Source: a virus. Taken from it: a DNA stretch of 57,386 nt. The DNA lies in the IMG/VR virus record IMGVR_UViG_3300006141_000016. One strand, written 5' to 3'. Each line of letters begins with the position of its first letter. The stretch's first letter is position 1. The position numbers and the translations under genes are program-made. Below, one piece after another: positions 25,703 through 35,244 of this stretch. The notes below the pieces were generated by a model, which was not told the DNA's origin, made no database searches, and saw only the letters and a list, made by a program, of their open reading frames with translations.

Positions 25703-27211
25703 GTGATAAATGGAGAACTAATAGTGGACAATTTTGCCGGAGGCGGTGGAGCCAGCACTGGCATAGAGATGGCAACCGGAATCAGCGTGGATATCGCCAT
25801 CAACCATGACCCGGAAGCCATCCGGATGCATAAGACGAACCATCCCAGCACAAAGCATTACTGTGAGAGCGTATGGGACGTTGACCCGGTAAAAGCTTGC
25901 GGCGGTCATCCGGTGGCACTGGCGTGGTTCAGCCCAGACTGCAAGCATTTCAGCAAGGCCAAGGGCGGGAAGCCGAAGGATAAAAATATCCGGGGGCTTG
26001 CATGGGTGGCGCTGCGGTGGGCAGGAAAAGCCAGGCCCAGGGTGATTATGCTGGAAAATGTGGAGGAGTTCAAGACCTGGGGACCGTTGAACCGGAACCA
26101 CAGGCCCATAAAAGCAAAGCAGGGCGTGACGTTCCGGAAGTTTGTAAGCCAGCTGCAGGAGCTGGGGTACCAGGTAGAACACCGGGAGCTGGTGGCGGCA
26201 GACTTTGGGGCGCCAACCATGCGGAAAAGGTTTTTCCTAGTGGCAAGATGTGACGGGAAGCCAATTATATGGCCGGAACCGACACATGCCCCTGCGGACA
26301 GCATATTCGTGGCGGCAGGTATCCGGGAGCCATACATAGGGGCGTATAGACAGATTGATTTCTCCCTTCCGTGCCCGAGCATATTTGATACAGCAGAAGA
26401 AATAAAGGAAAAGTACGGCATCAAGGCAGTGCGTCCGCTGGCAGAAAATACAATGAAGCGGATTGCCAGAGGAATAAAGAAATTTGTTCTGGATAATCCG
26501 GATCCCTTTATTGTTGGAAATGAAATCCCTTATTTATCAGTAAGCCGGGAGAATCATTTTGGGAGTGATATGAGAGATCCAGTCCATACGATAACTTCCA
26601 ATAATCAGCATATGCTTATGACACCAGCGTTGATACAATATCATTCCGAGACCACCCAGAGTGAGGTCAGAGGACAGGGGATTGAAGGACCGATTATGAC
26701 AGTAGATGCGTCAAACAGGTATGGTCTGGTGACATCATTCTTAAGCAAATTTTATAAAAGCGGTACAGGACAGGATTTGCGAGAGCCGCTACATACAATT
26801 ACATGTTCTCCGGGGCATTTCGGTGAAGTAAGGGCGCTGTTAATCAAGTATTACGGTCAAGGCACGGGACAGGACATCAGAAAGCCGCTTGATACCGTGA
26901 CAACACAGGATCGGTTTGGACTTGTCACGATACGGGGAGTAGACTATCAGATCGTGGATATCGGACTGAGGATGCTGGAGCCAAAGGAGTTATATGGATG
27001 TCAGGGCTTTCCGGATAATTACATAATTGACAGGGATTACACCTGGAAGACTTATCCGCGAAGCGAGCAGGTAAAGAGGTGCGGCAATGCAGTGTGCCCG
27101 CCCATACCGGCAGCACTGGTCAGGGCAAACCTGTCGGAACTGTGTGTAGCGGAGCGGAAGCCAAACCCAGTGATATCAACGGAGCAGACATGGCAGCTGA
27201 GGTTTGCATAA
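25703..27211 (+). CDS. dcm: DNA cytosine-5 methyltransferase
   Basis: Motifs DNFAGGGGAS, SPDCKHFS, LENVEEF, RKRFF, QGFP and GNAVCPP. Confidence 0.9.
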   Translation: MINGELIVDNFAGGGGASTGIEMATGISVDIAINHDPEAIRMHKTNHPSTKHYCESVWDVDPVKACGGHPVALAWFSPDCKHFSKAKGGKPKDKNIRGLAWVALRWAGKARPRVIMLENVEEFKTWGPLNRNHRPIKAKQGVTFRKFVSQLQELGYQVEHRELVAADFGAPTMRKRFFLVARCDGKPIIWPEPTHAPADSIFVAAGIREPYIGAYRQIDFSLPCPSIFDTAEEIKEKYGIKAVRPLAENTMKRIARGIKKFVLDNPDPFIVGNEIPYLSVSRENHFGSDMRDPVHTITSNNQHMLMTPALIQYHSETTQSEVRGQGIEGPIMTVDASNRYGLVTSFLSKFYKSGTGQDLREPLHTITCSPGHFGEVRALLIKYYGQGTGQDIRKPLDTVTTQDRFGLVTIRGVDYQIVDIGLRMLEPKELYGCQGFPDNYIIDRDYTWKTYPRSEQVKRCGNAVCPPIPAALVRANLSELCVAERKPNPVISTEQTWQLRFA

Positions 27212-27255
27212 AGGCAGGCTCCCGGAGGTATCCGGAAGCCGTATCAGCCCAGAAA

Positions 27256-27600
27256 TCAGGAATCCCCGGTACCTTCCAGAAGTACGAGGAAGTCAACCAG
27301 GAAGGAAAGGCGTTTCTCCGGCAAGGTATCCAAAAGATGCAGGAACCTGTCAAGCGTGTATTTACCGTATATCACTCTTTGCTGGGGCAGTCCAGTACTC
27401 TGTCTCCCAATGAGGTAATCAATGGAGACTCCGTAAAATTCTGCAAGAAATGCCAGCGTATCACAGCCAGGTTCATGGATATCATTTTCATAGTTGGATA
27501 TGGTGCTGTTGGATAGATGCAGGCGAGATGCCAACTCCTTTTGAGTAATGCCCCGCTGGGAACGGAGCCGCTTAAGATTTTGTGATAGTTTCTCTGTCAT
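27256..27600 (-). CDS. XRE-family HTH regulator (minus strand, convergent with dcm)
   Basis: LKRLRSQRGITQKELASRLHLSNSTISNYEN. AAGGAGGA RBS. Confidence 0.8.
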   Translation of the reverse strand: MTEKLSQNLKRLRSQRGITQKELASRLHLSNSTISNYENDIHEPGCDTLAFLAEFYGVSIDYLIGRQSTGLPQQRVIYGKYTLDRFLHLLDTLPEKRLSFLVDFLVLLEGTGDS

Positions 27601-27670
27601 AATGTCCTCCTTTGTGAGATTTAGTTAGTTTACGATAATACAGTACCGCAGTATGCGGAGAAAGGAAAAT

Positions 27671-28057
27671 ATGGAGAGATTGACAAAAGCTGAATTGGTA
27701 AATGGATTTCCGGTATGCTATCCGAATAATTGTTCTGGATTGCCGGAATTTGTGACAAAGGGGAATCCATACAGGAATATAGTGGAAAGGCTAAAAGCGT
27801 ATGAAGACCTTGAGGAACAAGGGAAACTGCTGAAACTGCCTTGCGCGGTAGGTGATACGGTTTATGCCTTGGATAGATTTTGTTCGGGTTCTTCCTTAGA
27901 TTGTCCGAGTAGACCATGCGAATCTTGCGAAGATTATCAACTTGAAATTTACGAGGGAGAATTCAAGCTAAATGATATAAATGATTTCGGCAAAACCGTT
28001 TTCCTCACCAGAGAAGAAGCCGAGGAAGCGCTGAAAAGGATGGAGGATGAGAAATGA
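27671..28057 (+). CDS. Hypothetical
   Basis: AAAGGAAAA RBS. 128 aa. LKLPCAVGDTVY motif of unknown family. Confidence 0.6.
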   Translation: MERLTKAELVNGFPVCYPNNCSGLPEFVTKGNPYRNIVERLKAYEDLEEQGKLLKLPCAVGDTVYALDRFCSGSSLDCPSRPCESCEDYQLEIYEGEFKLNDINDFGKTVFLTREEAEEALKRMEDEK

Positions 28058-28476
28058 GAAAACTTAAACCCTTACTCCGGAAGCATTGGAATTGTATTCT
28101 ATGGTTTGTTGTAGGAATACTTGTCATGGTATATGGAGAAGTATCAACATTGCAGTATTTTTTATGTTGGTCAGTGCTGATAACATATCTTTGGAGAAAA
28201 CCAGTTAAAGAAGGGGACATTGTGATAGAGAAGAATGAAGAAAGTTTGAGGACGGGAAATGAGACTGAGTGCGAGAAGCCAAAAGCGATCCTGGTGATGG
28301 AGATGCCGAAGAACTGTGACGACTGCTATTTGTGCGTGGAGTATGGAGGGTGCTACAAATGCGCTGCTACAGGTGATGTGATGGCAAGGCCCCATGAGAT
28401 AAGGCCGGCCTGGTGTCCGATCCGGGAGCTGCCAGAACGGCCAGGCGTTGGATTGGGAGTAAAACCTAATTTCTGA
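28054..28476 (+). CDS. Membrane-anchored Cys-rich protein
   Basis: N-terminal TM segments. C-terminal CDDCYLC...CYKC...RPAWCPIRELPE. Confidence 0.6.
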   Translation: MRKLKPLLRKHWNCILWFVVGILVMVYGEVSTLQYFLCWSVLITYLWRKPVKEGDIVIEKNEESLRTGNETECEKPKAILVMEMPKNCDDCYLCVEYGGCYKCAATGDVMARPHEIRPAWCPIRELPERPGVGLGVKPNF

Positions 28477-28482
28477 TAGGAG

Positions 28483-28947
28483 GTGATGATATTGCGCAGA
28501 AAATGCCATAACTGCCTGTGCCGGACATGTTTAACGGTATGCGGAAAGTGTGTGGAATGCAAAGAAAAAATTACATACTGCGAGAATTACAATGGGTTTG
28601 AGCAGATAAGCATTTTCTGTGCACCGCAGGAGCCGCGGCACCATAGAACACCACGGCACTCGATAGAGTATTACGGACTGACAGATGAGCGGGTTGCGGA
28701 ATTAGAAAAGCTGATACAGTCCGGCAGATATGCCTCTCTCGCTTCGCAGGCGGCTCATACAGCTAATGAAATGATAGCAGAGTATATCTTGCTTAGCATT
28801 ACTCAAAACAAGTCCTATGACGCTCTCAGGGTGAAATGGGAGCTAAAAGAAATGGAGCAGATACCGTACTGCCGGACGGATTTTTATGGGATTAGGAGAT
28901 ATTTCATGGCGATTTTTGACAAGGAAATGAGGAGGATAGGGAAATGA
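28483..28947 (+). CDS. Candidate late-gene transcriptional activator (RinA/ArpU-like position)
   Basis: Cys-rich N-terminus. C-terminal segment ILLSITQNKSYDAL...CRTDFYGIRRYFMAIFDKE resembles RinA/ArpU-type ends. Lies just upstream of the late promoter and terS. Confidence 0.4.
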   Translation: MMILRRKCHNCLCRTCLTVCGKCVECKEKITYCENYNGFEQISIFCAPQEPRHHRTPRHSIEYYGLTDERVAELEKLIQSGRYASLASQAAHTANEMIAEYILLSITQNKSYDALRVKWELKEMEQIPYCRTDFYGIRRYFMAIFDKEMRRIGK

Positions 28948-29111
28948 TTAGATGTAACAGTCCGTTTGCGTGCTATAACAGATGTGTAATTGATATGGAT
29001 GCACAACAGTCGCAAGGTGGAACTATCTGCTGTGATATGGCGGAAGAGATGGATTTTGACAGGAGCCGCATACTGCAACGATGTGAACATGCGGAGAACG
29101 TGGAAGAATAA
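28944..29111 (+). CDS. Small Cys-rich protein (55 aa)
   Basis: ATGA coupling with a GGAGGA RBS. Confidence 0.45.
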   Translation: MIRCNSPFACYNRCVIDMDAQQSQGGTICCDMAEEMDFDRSRILQRCEHAENVEE

Positions 29112-29112
29112 T

Positions 29113-29146
29113 TTGGTACAACTTCCCCTCAAATCTCCTATACAAT
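29113..29146 (+). promoter_or_regulatory. Conserved promoter motif copy (TTGGTACAA-N19-TACAAT) ahead of the terminase block
   Basis: Bipartite motif with exact spacing; intergenic. Confidence 0.6.
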
Positions 29147-29221
29147 ATTATTAGGGGATTTAGGGGGTGTGGAGTGAAATATGAAGTATTGGAGAATTGA
29201 AAATACATAATTGACAAGGGA

Positions 29222-29386
29222 ATGAGCCTTAGAGGATTTGCGGCCCAATGCGATATTCCGTCCTCTGTTATGTGCCGGTTCCTGAATAGAAAGACGGATA
29301 TTCAGAAAAGGAACATTGATAAGATTCTGAAAGTGACTGGATTGACCTATGAGGAATGTTTTGAGGTAATAGAACCATTTGGATAG
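29222..29386 (+). CDS. Short HTH-like protein, possibly the remnant of a longer XRE gene
   Basis: MSLRGFAAQCDIPSSVMCRFLNRK. In the same frame upstream, TTG 29189 gives MEN-TGA-KYIIDKG. Confidence 0.4.
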   Translation: MSLRGFAAQCDIPSSVMCRFLNRKTDIQKRNIDKILKVTGLTYEECFEVIEPFG

Positions 29387-29397
29387 AGGAGAGAAAT

Positions 29398-29574
29398 ATG
29401 GGAATCAGAGTAGATTGTGATTTTGTTGAGGATACGGAGCGTGGGGAATATTGCGAACTGAACCATTGTGCTTGCGATTCAGAAAATTGCGAAATATTGA
29501 AATATGGTATTTGCATGGAGGATATTGAGCAGGGGCAACTGGCGCAATGGGAAATTATGAATCAACATTTATGA
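29398..29574 (+). CDS. Small Cys-rich protein (58 aa)
   Basis: GGAGAGAAAT RBS. Confidence 0.45.
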   Translation: MGIRVDCDFVEDTERGEYCELNHCACDSENCEILKYGICMEDIEQGQLAQWEIMNQHL

Positions 29575-29589
29575 TTGAGGTGAGAGAAA

Positions 29590-30102
29590 GTGGCTGCCAG
29601 GCTGACAGATAAACAGAAAAAAGAAATAATTGCTGATTATGTGGAGTCTGGCAGCTATAGAGCAACGGCAAAGAAGTTTGGAGTGTCAGATAACACTGTA
29701 AAAAAGATTTGCAATGAAAATGCGCAAATTGCGCAGATGTGCGAAGAGAAAAAAGAACAGAACACTGCTGACATTTTGGATTATATGGAATCCAGAAAAG
29801 AGAAAGCGAAAGATGTTTTAGATGCTTACATAGAAGCCTTGAAAAAGCCAGAAAAAATACAGGCTGCGAAGCTGTCAGAGATTGCTACTGCAATGGGGAT
29901 TGTGATAGATAAATTTATCAACAATCCAATGAAACATCAGTTAGATAAGCAGAAGCTTGAAATCGAACTCCTGAAGCTGGAAAGCCAGGTCAAGGACAGC
30001 CAGCCGGAGGAAGAAGCAGAGGACAACTTCATGGACGCTCTGAACGGAACGGCGGCGGAAGTGTGGGAAGAAAGTGAGGTAGAGGAAGATGACAGAGAAT
30101 GA
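29590..30102 (+). CDS. terS: Terminase small subunit
   Basis: GTG start after GAGGTGAG. N-terminal HTH (SYRATAKKFGVSDNTVKKI), an acidic tail, and a position before terL. Confidence 0.75.
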   Translation: MAARLTDKQKKEIIADYVESGSYRATAKKFGVSDNTVKKICNENAQIAQMCEEKKEQNTADILDYMESRKEKAKDVLDAYIEALKKPEKIQAAKLSEIATAMGIVIDKFINNPMKHQLDKQKLEIELLKLESQVKDSQPEEEAEDNFMDALNGTAAEVWEESEVEEDDRE

Positions 30103-30412
30103 AGCGATTTCAAGAATGAGATATAGAGTAGACACCGCAACGCATATTATCGGAAAAGGCGTTGACGGAAAAGCTTATGAAGATATGGAAATGGCAATTA
30201 AAGCCCTTGAAGAAATCCAACAGTACCGAGCAATCGGCGCAGTCGAGGAATGCCGGGAGGCAAGGGAAAAGCAAATCCAAAAGAAACCTATCCATGGCGG
30301 GCTATATGCTTGCCCCAACTGCCACACAATTATGTTGCAAGGCGCTTTTGAAGCAAGGGGGAGATGTTGCAAGGAATGTGGGCAGGCATTGGATTGGAGT
30401 GAAACGGTTTGA
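30089..30412 (+). CDS. Zinc-ribbon protein inserted between terS and terL
   Basis: CPNC....CCKEC; 107 aa. Confidence 0.55.
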   Translation: MTENEAISRMRYRVDTATHIIGKGVDGKAYEDMEMAIKALEEIQQYRAIGAVEECREAREKQIQKKPIHGGLYACPNCHTIMLQGAFEARGRCCKECGQALDWSETV

Positions 30413-31731
30413 ACGAAATTAACACCCGGATAGAAAATATCCGCAAAGGCATAGCAAAACGCGCCGCCGCAATGAAAGCAAAGGTGCAGAAGCAGGGCTT
30501 CCAGTTCAAGCCATTCTCCACCAAGCAGAAGAAAGTCCTAACCTGGTGGTGTCCTGCAAGCCCGGTCAAGGATATGGACGGAATCATAGCAGACGGGGCA
30601 ATCAGGAGCGGGAAAACGCTGTCTATGTCCCTGTCATATGTCCTTTGGGCTATGAACAGCTTCAACCAACAGAATTTTGGAATGGCCGGTAAGACAATCG
30701 GATCCTTTCGCCGGAATGTACTGTTTTGGCTGAAACTGATGCTTGCGAGCAGAAAGTATACAGTAATAGACAAGAGAAGCGACAATCTGCTGATTGTAAG
30801 CAAGGGAAACACAGTTAATTACTTTTACATATTCGGCGGAAAGGATGAACGCTCCCAGGACTTGATCCAGGGTATCACGCTTGCCGGAATGTTCTTTGAT
30901 GAAGTAGCACTGATGCCGGAATCCTTTGTCAACCAGGCAACCGGTCGCTGTTCGGTGGACGGTTCTAAGTACTGGTTTAACTGTAACCCGGACAGCCCCC
31001 GGCACTGGTTCAAGGTCAACTGGATTGATAAGGCAGAGGAAAAGCGGCTTGTATATCTGCATTTCACCATGGACGATAATCTTTCCCTATCAGAGCGCAT
31101 AAAGGCACGATACCGGGGAATGTATGTGGGAGTGTTCTTCAAGCGGTATATCCAAGGACTGTGGTGTGTGGCAGAGGGGCTTGTCTACTCTATGTTTGAC
31201 GAGGACAAGCACGTCAAAGACAAGCACATGACCGGGGCGAAAGAATGGGTAGTGTCTGTGGACTATGGAACGGTGAACCCATTTGCAGCAGGCTTATGGG
31301 CATTTGATGGTCGGCACGCTCAAAAGGAATATGAATACTACTACGACAGCAAAGAAACCGGAATCCGGAGAGATGATGAAACACATTACCAGGAAATATG
31401 CAAGCTGATAGGAGATAGAAAGGTATCATTTATCATTGTTGACCCGTCCGCAGCGTCTTTCATTGAAACAATCAAAAAGCATGGGAAGTACATTGCAAAG
31501 GGTGCGGAAAATGATGTGCTGGACGGAATCAGGGTGCAGACAACGTTCCTGAACAGAGGAATTATCAGCTATTACAAGGACTGCGAAGCAACCATAAATG
31601 AGTACGGGCTGTATTCGTGGGATATGGAAAGCCCGGAGGACGCTGTTATAAAAGAGTTCGACCACTGTTTAGATAGCGACCGTTATTTATGTTATACATT
31701 CCTGCGGCGGCGGTTGAGGTGGAAATATTAA
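30409..31731 (+). CDS. terL: Terminase large subunit (PBSX-type)
   Basis: Walker A GAIRSGKT, Walker B MFFDEVA, C-terminal nuclease-like region. 440 aa. Confidence 0.9.
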   Translation: MNEINTRIENIRKGIAKRAAAMKAKVQKQGFQFKPFSTKQKKVLTWWCPASPVKDMDGIIADGAIRSGKTLSMSLSYVLWAMNSFNQQNFGMAGKTIGSFRRNVLFWLKLMLASRKYTVIDKRSDNLLIVSKGNTVNYFYIFGGKDERSQDLIQGITLAGMFFDEVALMPESFVNQATGRCSVDGSKYWFNCNPDSPRHWFKVNWIDKAEEKRLVYLHFTMDDNLSLSERIKARYRGMYVGVFFKRYIQGLWCVAEGLVYSMFDEDKHVKDKHMTGAKEWVVSVDYGTVNPFAAGLWAFDGRHAQKEYEYYYDSKETGIRRDDETHYQEICKLIGDRKVSFIIVDPSAASFIETIKKHGKYIAKGAENDVLDGIRVQTTFLNRGIISYYKDCEATINEYGLYSWDMESPEDAVIKEFDHCLDSDRYLCYTFLRRRLRWKY

Positions 31732-31760
31732 AATGGATATGTGGTAGAAAGGGAAAGGAT

Positions 31761-31946
31761 ATGCTTTTTAGACGCAAAAATCAGTATCTATTCAAGTTTA
31801 AAGATATACGTGAAAAAGAAAGATATGCTACAGTAACGGCAAAAAGTGAAGCAGACGCGGTTTGGAAGTTCATAAACAATCGTGCATTTCTTATGGTAAA
31901 TCTTGATTGCGAATATGAGGTAATTGGAGGAATAAAAGCGATTTGA
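31761..31946 (+). CDS. Hypothetical (61 aa)
   Basis: GGGAAAGGA RBS. Confidence 0.45.
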   Translation: MLFRRKNQYLFKFKDIREKERYATVTAKSEADAVWKFINNRAFLMVNLDCEYEVIGGIKAI

Positions 31947-31981
31947 AGCATCTGCCAATGTGGTAAGGAGAGGATAGGAAA

Positions 31982-32182
31982 ATGAATCTCATACAGTACA
32001 TATCGTTCAGCATAGACAAGGCTATTGAAATGCTTATGGATAGCAAGACAAGCAAAATGGACGTTGCATTATTCCTGATGGATTTTAAAAAGATTCTGAA
32101 TAAACCGGAAAAGGAAATCGTGGACGGAGGTTTTAAAGAGGTTGAAATAAGAGGGATTGAGGAAAGGGGATTGACAGAATGA
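31982..32182 (+). CDS. Hypothetical (66 aa)
   Basis: AAGGAGAGGA RBS. Confidence 0.5.
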   Translation: MNLIQYISFSIDKAIEMLMDSKTSKMDVALFLMDFKKILNKPEKEIVDGGFKEVEIRGIEERGLTE

Positions 32183-32541
32183 GCATTAGCGAACAGGTAA
32201 GGGAATTAAGGGAAGTCGCAGAAATGTATGAGGGATTGGACGGTGGTAAAATTCTGTCAGAAGCCGCCGACACCACAGAATCCTTATCCGCAAAGCTGCA
32301 AGCGGCGAATATGGAGCGGTCAGCGGGGGATTGCAACGGGTGGATTCCGTGCAAGGAGAGATTGCCGGAAATAGGAAAGCTTGTAATATTATCTTTGAAA
32401 AACCTTGATATTTGTATTGGATATAGGGAAAATGATAGTATTTCAAGAATGACAGCTTATCTTACTGAAAAAGGATGCAGAATTGAATTCGGATATGTAT
32501 TAGCATGGCAACCTCTCCCAGAGCCATACCATGAGCCTTAA
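32179..32541 (+). CDS. DUF551-like protein (paralog 2)
   Basis: NGWIPCKERLPEIGK...VLAWQPLPEPYHEP. Confidence 0.65.
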   Translation: MSISEQVRELREVAEMYEGLDGGKILSEAADTTESLSAKLQAANMERSAGDCNGWIPCKERLPEIGKLVILSLKNLDICIGYRENDSISRMTAYLTEKGCRIEFGYVLAWQPLPEPYHEP

Positions 32542-32611
32542 CCAATCCATCACCCACGGCAAAGAATACCGCAAGCCATACCGGGGAGCGAAAGGGATAG
32601 AAAGGATATAA

Positions 32612-32773
32612 ATGAGTGCTTATAAAATTTTTGCAATAATTTTTCTTTCGATTGTTTTGTTGAATTATTTACTCCAAATGACAAAGTGTAATGAAAGAAT
32701 AAAAAGAATAATGAATGGGATAGCTTTGATAGCCATATATGCAGTTGCCTTTTGTTTAAGTGGATTGAATTGA
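32612..32773 (+). CDS. Small two-TM membrane protein in a visibly AT-rich patch
   Basis: AAAGGATATAA before the ATG; hydrophobic 53 aa. Confidence 0.4.
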   Translation: MSAYKIFAIIFLSIVLLNYLLQMTKCNERIKRIMNGIALIAIYAVAFCLSGLN

Positions 32774-32835
32774 ACGCTAAAAGGCAACTGCGGCAGGTGC
32801 AGGAGTTGGGAGAATATGAGAGGGGCGGTGATTGA

Positions 32836-33069
32836 ATGATTTCAGCAAATGAAGCAAGGGAAAAGACAGAAGCGGTAAGAAATAACGGCGTTGAGCGTGA
32901 ACTGGAAAGAATCGAACATGAGATTGAGGAAGCTATCAGAAATGGAGATAACAATATAGCTTTAGACGGTACGATAAGTCACCCAACAGCTAACTATATG
33001 CGGCAACTGGGATATGAGGTACACACTGGCAGTCAGTACAACGAATCGTATTTTACAATCAAGTGGTAA
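32836..33069 (+). CDS. Hypothetical (77 aa)
   Basis: ORF with a GGGGCGGTGA RBS-like stretch. Confidence 0.5.
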   Translation: MISANEAREKTEAVRNNGVERELERIEHEIEEAIRNGDNNIALDGTISHPTANYMRQLGYEVHTGSQYNESYFTIKW

Positions 33070-33081
33070 GGTGAGTATAAC

Positions 33082-34560
33082 ATGGGCTTAATTTCGTGGA
33101 TAAAGGAGAAATTCAAAATGCTGTTTAAAACGGACGCTGAAAAGGCTTTTGGTGTGGAAACGTACCTGTCGCCGGAAATGGACGCTGCTATTAAGCTATG
33201 GCAGCAGTTGGAGAGTGGTAAGCCTCCGTGGGTAGATGGGGATACCAAAACAATCCGGTTTTCAAACACTGTGGCCAGGGAGCTGTCTAAGCTAGTCACA
33301 CAGAATATTGACATTAAGGTGCAGGCCAAGTATGGGATTGGGGAAACGGCGGCCAAAATCCAGAAAGCCATTGACAATTATTTCCTGAAGAACGCTCAGG
33401 AGATTATTGGCAATCAAATCATGCTGGGTGGTGTGATGGCGAAGTGGAACGGTAAGGGAATGGACTACATACCGCCGGATCGGTTCCTGGTGACGGAGTT
33501 TGACAGCAACGGGGATATACATGGGGCAATCTTCTTCTCCTACTACCAGAAAGAAAAAAAGTTCTACACAAGGGCAGAATGGCACAGGTTCGAGGATGGC
33601 ACACAGAAGAACGAAGCCGGTGAAATGGTATCGGTCCACATTTACCAGGTGTCCAACAAAGCCTTTGTGTCGGACCAACAGGACCAGATCGGCCGGGAGA
33701 CCACACTTAAAAATACTAAGTGGGCGGATATTGTGCCGGAGTTTACAGCGGAGAACCTTGAAAAGCCTTTATTCGTATACATAAAGAATCCATACAGCAA
33801 CACCATAGACTCTGACAGTCCACTGGGAGTATCCTGCTTTTCAGAGTGCATAGAGGAGCTTCGGTGGCTGGATATTGCAATGAGTACTATGGGTATAGAA
33901 ACAGAGGATTCGGCACCTAAAATGATTGTCGGGCAGTCTGCAATACAGTATGCGAAAAATAATGGGATTAAACTTCCGAGAATGGTGCTTAATACTGGAC
34001 TGGACGATATGACAGACAAACCATTTGAGCAGTGGCAGCCACAGTTGCAGGTGGCGAGCCGGACGGAGGGCATTAATTTCTATCTGAATATTATTTCTGC
34101 AAAAGTAGGGCTGGATACCGGGACTTTCGTGTTTAACGGTCAAAAGGTGGTGGTTGCCACAGCTACCCAGATAGAAGCCACAGAGCGAAAGACCATCAAT
34201 ACCATGATGATGTATCGTCAAGTCCTGGACAGGCCGGAATCGAACGGAGATGGGCGCGTTGGGGTGATACATGATATTGCGTATATCATTAACGCCATGG
34301 AAGCTATTAACGGCGATATAGCCCCATCCGAATTTGGAAACTATAAGCTGTATGCTGACTTCGGCGATCCATTCAGCAATAAAGAAGAGGACAAATTCTT
34401 TGAGCTGCAGCTTGCTAACCAGGGATATATGGCAAAGTGGCGCTTTAACGTCCGCCACCTGGGAGTTACGGAGGAAGAAGCAAAGCAGATGGTGCAGGAG
34501 GCTGTTGAGGAAAGAAACGCGAATCAACCGGAGGAAAGCAGACTGTTTGGGGAGGAATAG
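33082..34560 (+). CDS. Portal protein (SPP1 gp6-like)
   Basis: 492 aa with AAGGTGAG RBS. Position after terL and before the MuF-like head-morphogenesis gene. Confidence 0.8.
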   Translation: MGLISWIKEKFKMLFKTDAEKAFGVETYLSPEMDAAIKLWQQLESGKPPWVDGDTKTIRFSNTVARELSKLVTQNIDIKVQAKYGIGETAAKIQKAIDNYFLKNAQEIIGNQIMLGGVMAKWNGKGMDYIPPDRFLVTEFDSNGDIHGAIFFSYYQKEKKFYTRAEWHRFEDGTQKNEAGEMVSVHIYQVSNKAFVSDQQDQIGRETTLKNTKWADIVPEFTAENLEKPLFVYIKNPYSNTIDSDSPLGVSCFSECIEELRWLDIAMSTMGIETEDSAPKMIVGQSAIQYAKNNGIKLPRMVLNTGLDDMTDKPFEQWQPQLQVASRTEGINFYLNIISAKVGLDTGTFVFNGQKVVVATATQIEATERKTINTMMMYRQVLDRPESNGDGRVGVIHDIAYIINAMEAINGDIAPSEFGNYKLYADFGDPFSNKEEDKFFELQLANQGYMAKWRFNVRHLGVTEEEAKQMVQEAVEERNANQPEESRLFGEE

Positions 34561-34564
34561 GGAA

Positions 34565-34792
34565 ATGACATTACAAGAATTGGCTGACATATTGACAGAA
34601 GCATGGGGCGGCATTTCTGAAAAGATGGAAAAGCTGGCAGAAGCATTACGAAAGGCATTTGATGAAGCCAATAAGAAAATCGAGGAACACAAGAGGCTTT
34701 TGCGAAGACCGCCAAAATGGTACAGCAAAGCGAATGCTCCCGCTATACTTGTGAGTAGAAGCAAGCTGTATCATTGCCGGGATAATTGTTAG
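34565..34792 (+). CDS. Hypothetical (75 aa)
   Basis: ATG 34565, 5 nt after the portal stop. Confidence 0.45.
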   Translation: MTLQELADILTEAWGGISEKMEKLAEALRKAFDEANKKIEEHKRLLRRPPKWYSKANAPAILVSRSKLYHCRDNC

Positions 34793-34805
34793 AAAGCGTG
34801 ATTTT

Positions 34806-35243
34806 ATGAGAATCAACAAAACAAATGGGAATGTTGACATAAAACTGGATACAAAGCGCATTGACCGCAATATGAAAGAAGCGCAGAAGCTGTTGAACCT
34901 GGCTGTCCGGACTGACTGTGAGCCGTTGGTTCCGTTACTGAATGGGCAGCTTCGCCGGAGCGCCAATTTCCCGGAGGGAGTATATGGGGGAGTGCTGGAA
35001 TACAATACGCCATATGCGCATGCGATTTACGAGGGATTCGTATTTACTCCAAACATACCGATTAAGGACAGCGAGGGAAATATTACTGGTTGGTTTTCGC
35101 CGCCAGGACAAAAGAAACAGAAGACCAACAGAAAAATGCATTTCCACGAACCTGGCACAACAGACCACTTTTTTGAAGAAGCGAAGCGTTTACATGGCGT
35201 TGAATGGATACGGCTTGTAAAAGAAACTGCCGGAAAAGATTAA
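34806..35243 (+). CDS. Minor capsid protein candidate
   Basis: 145 aa. NTPYAHAIYEGF motif as in minor-capsid / head-completion families. Position in the head module. Confidence 0.5.
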   Translation: MRINKTNGNVDIKLDTKRIDRNMKEAQKLLNLAVRTDCEPLVPLLNGQLRRSANFPEGVYGGVLEYNTPYAHAIYEGFVFTPNIPIKDSEGNITGWFSPPGQKKQKTNRKMHFHEPGTTDHFFEEAKRLHGVEWIRLVKETAGKD

Positions 35244-35244
35244 C

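Noticed and set aside
32541-32611. Short ORF MSLNQSITHGKEYRKPYRGAKGIERI after DUF551 paralog 2
   Set aside because: It is only 26 codons and has no RBS. It may be the remnant of a longer gene, but there is too little sequence to support any call.
33841-34764. 307-aa minus-strand ORF, plus 33292..34073 ORFs, opposite the portal gene
   Set aside because: They are antisense to the well-supported portal ORF, with no start context and no recognisable motifs.
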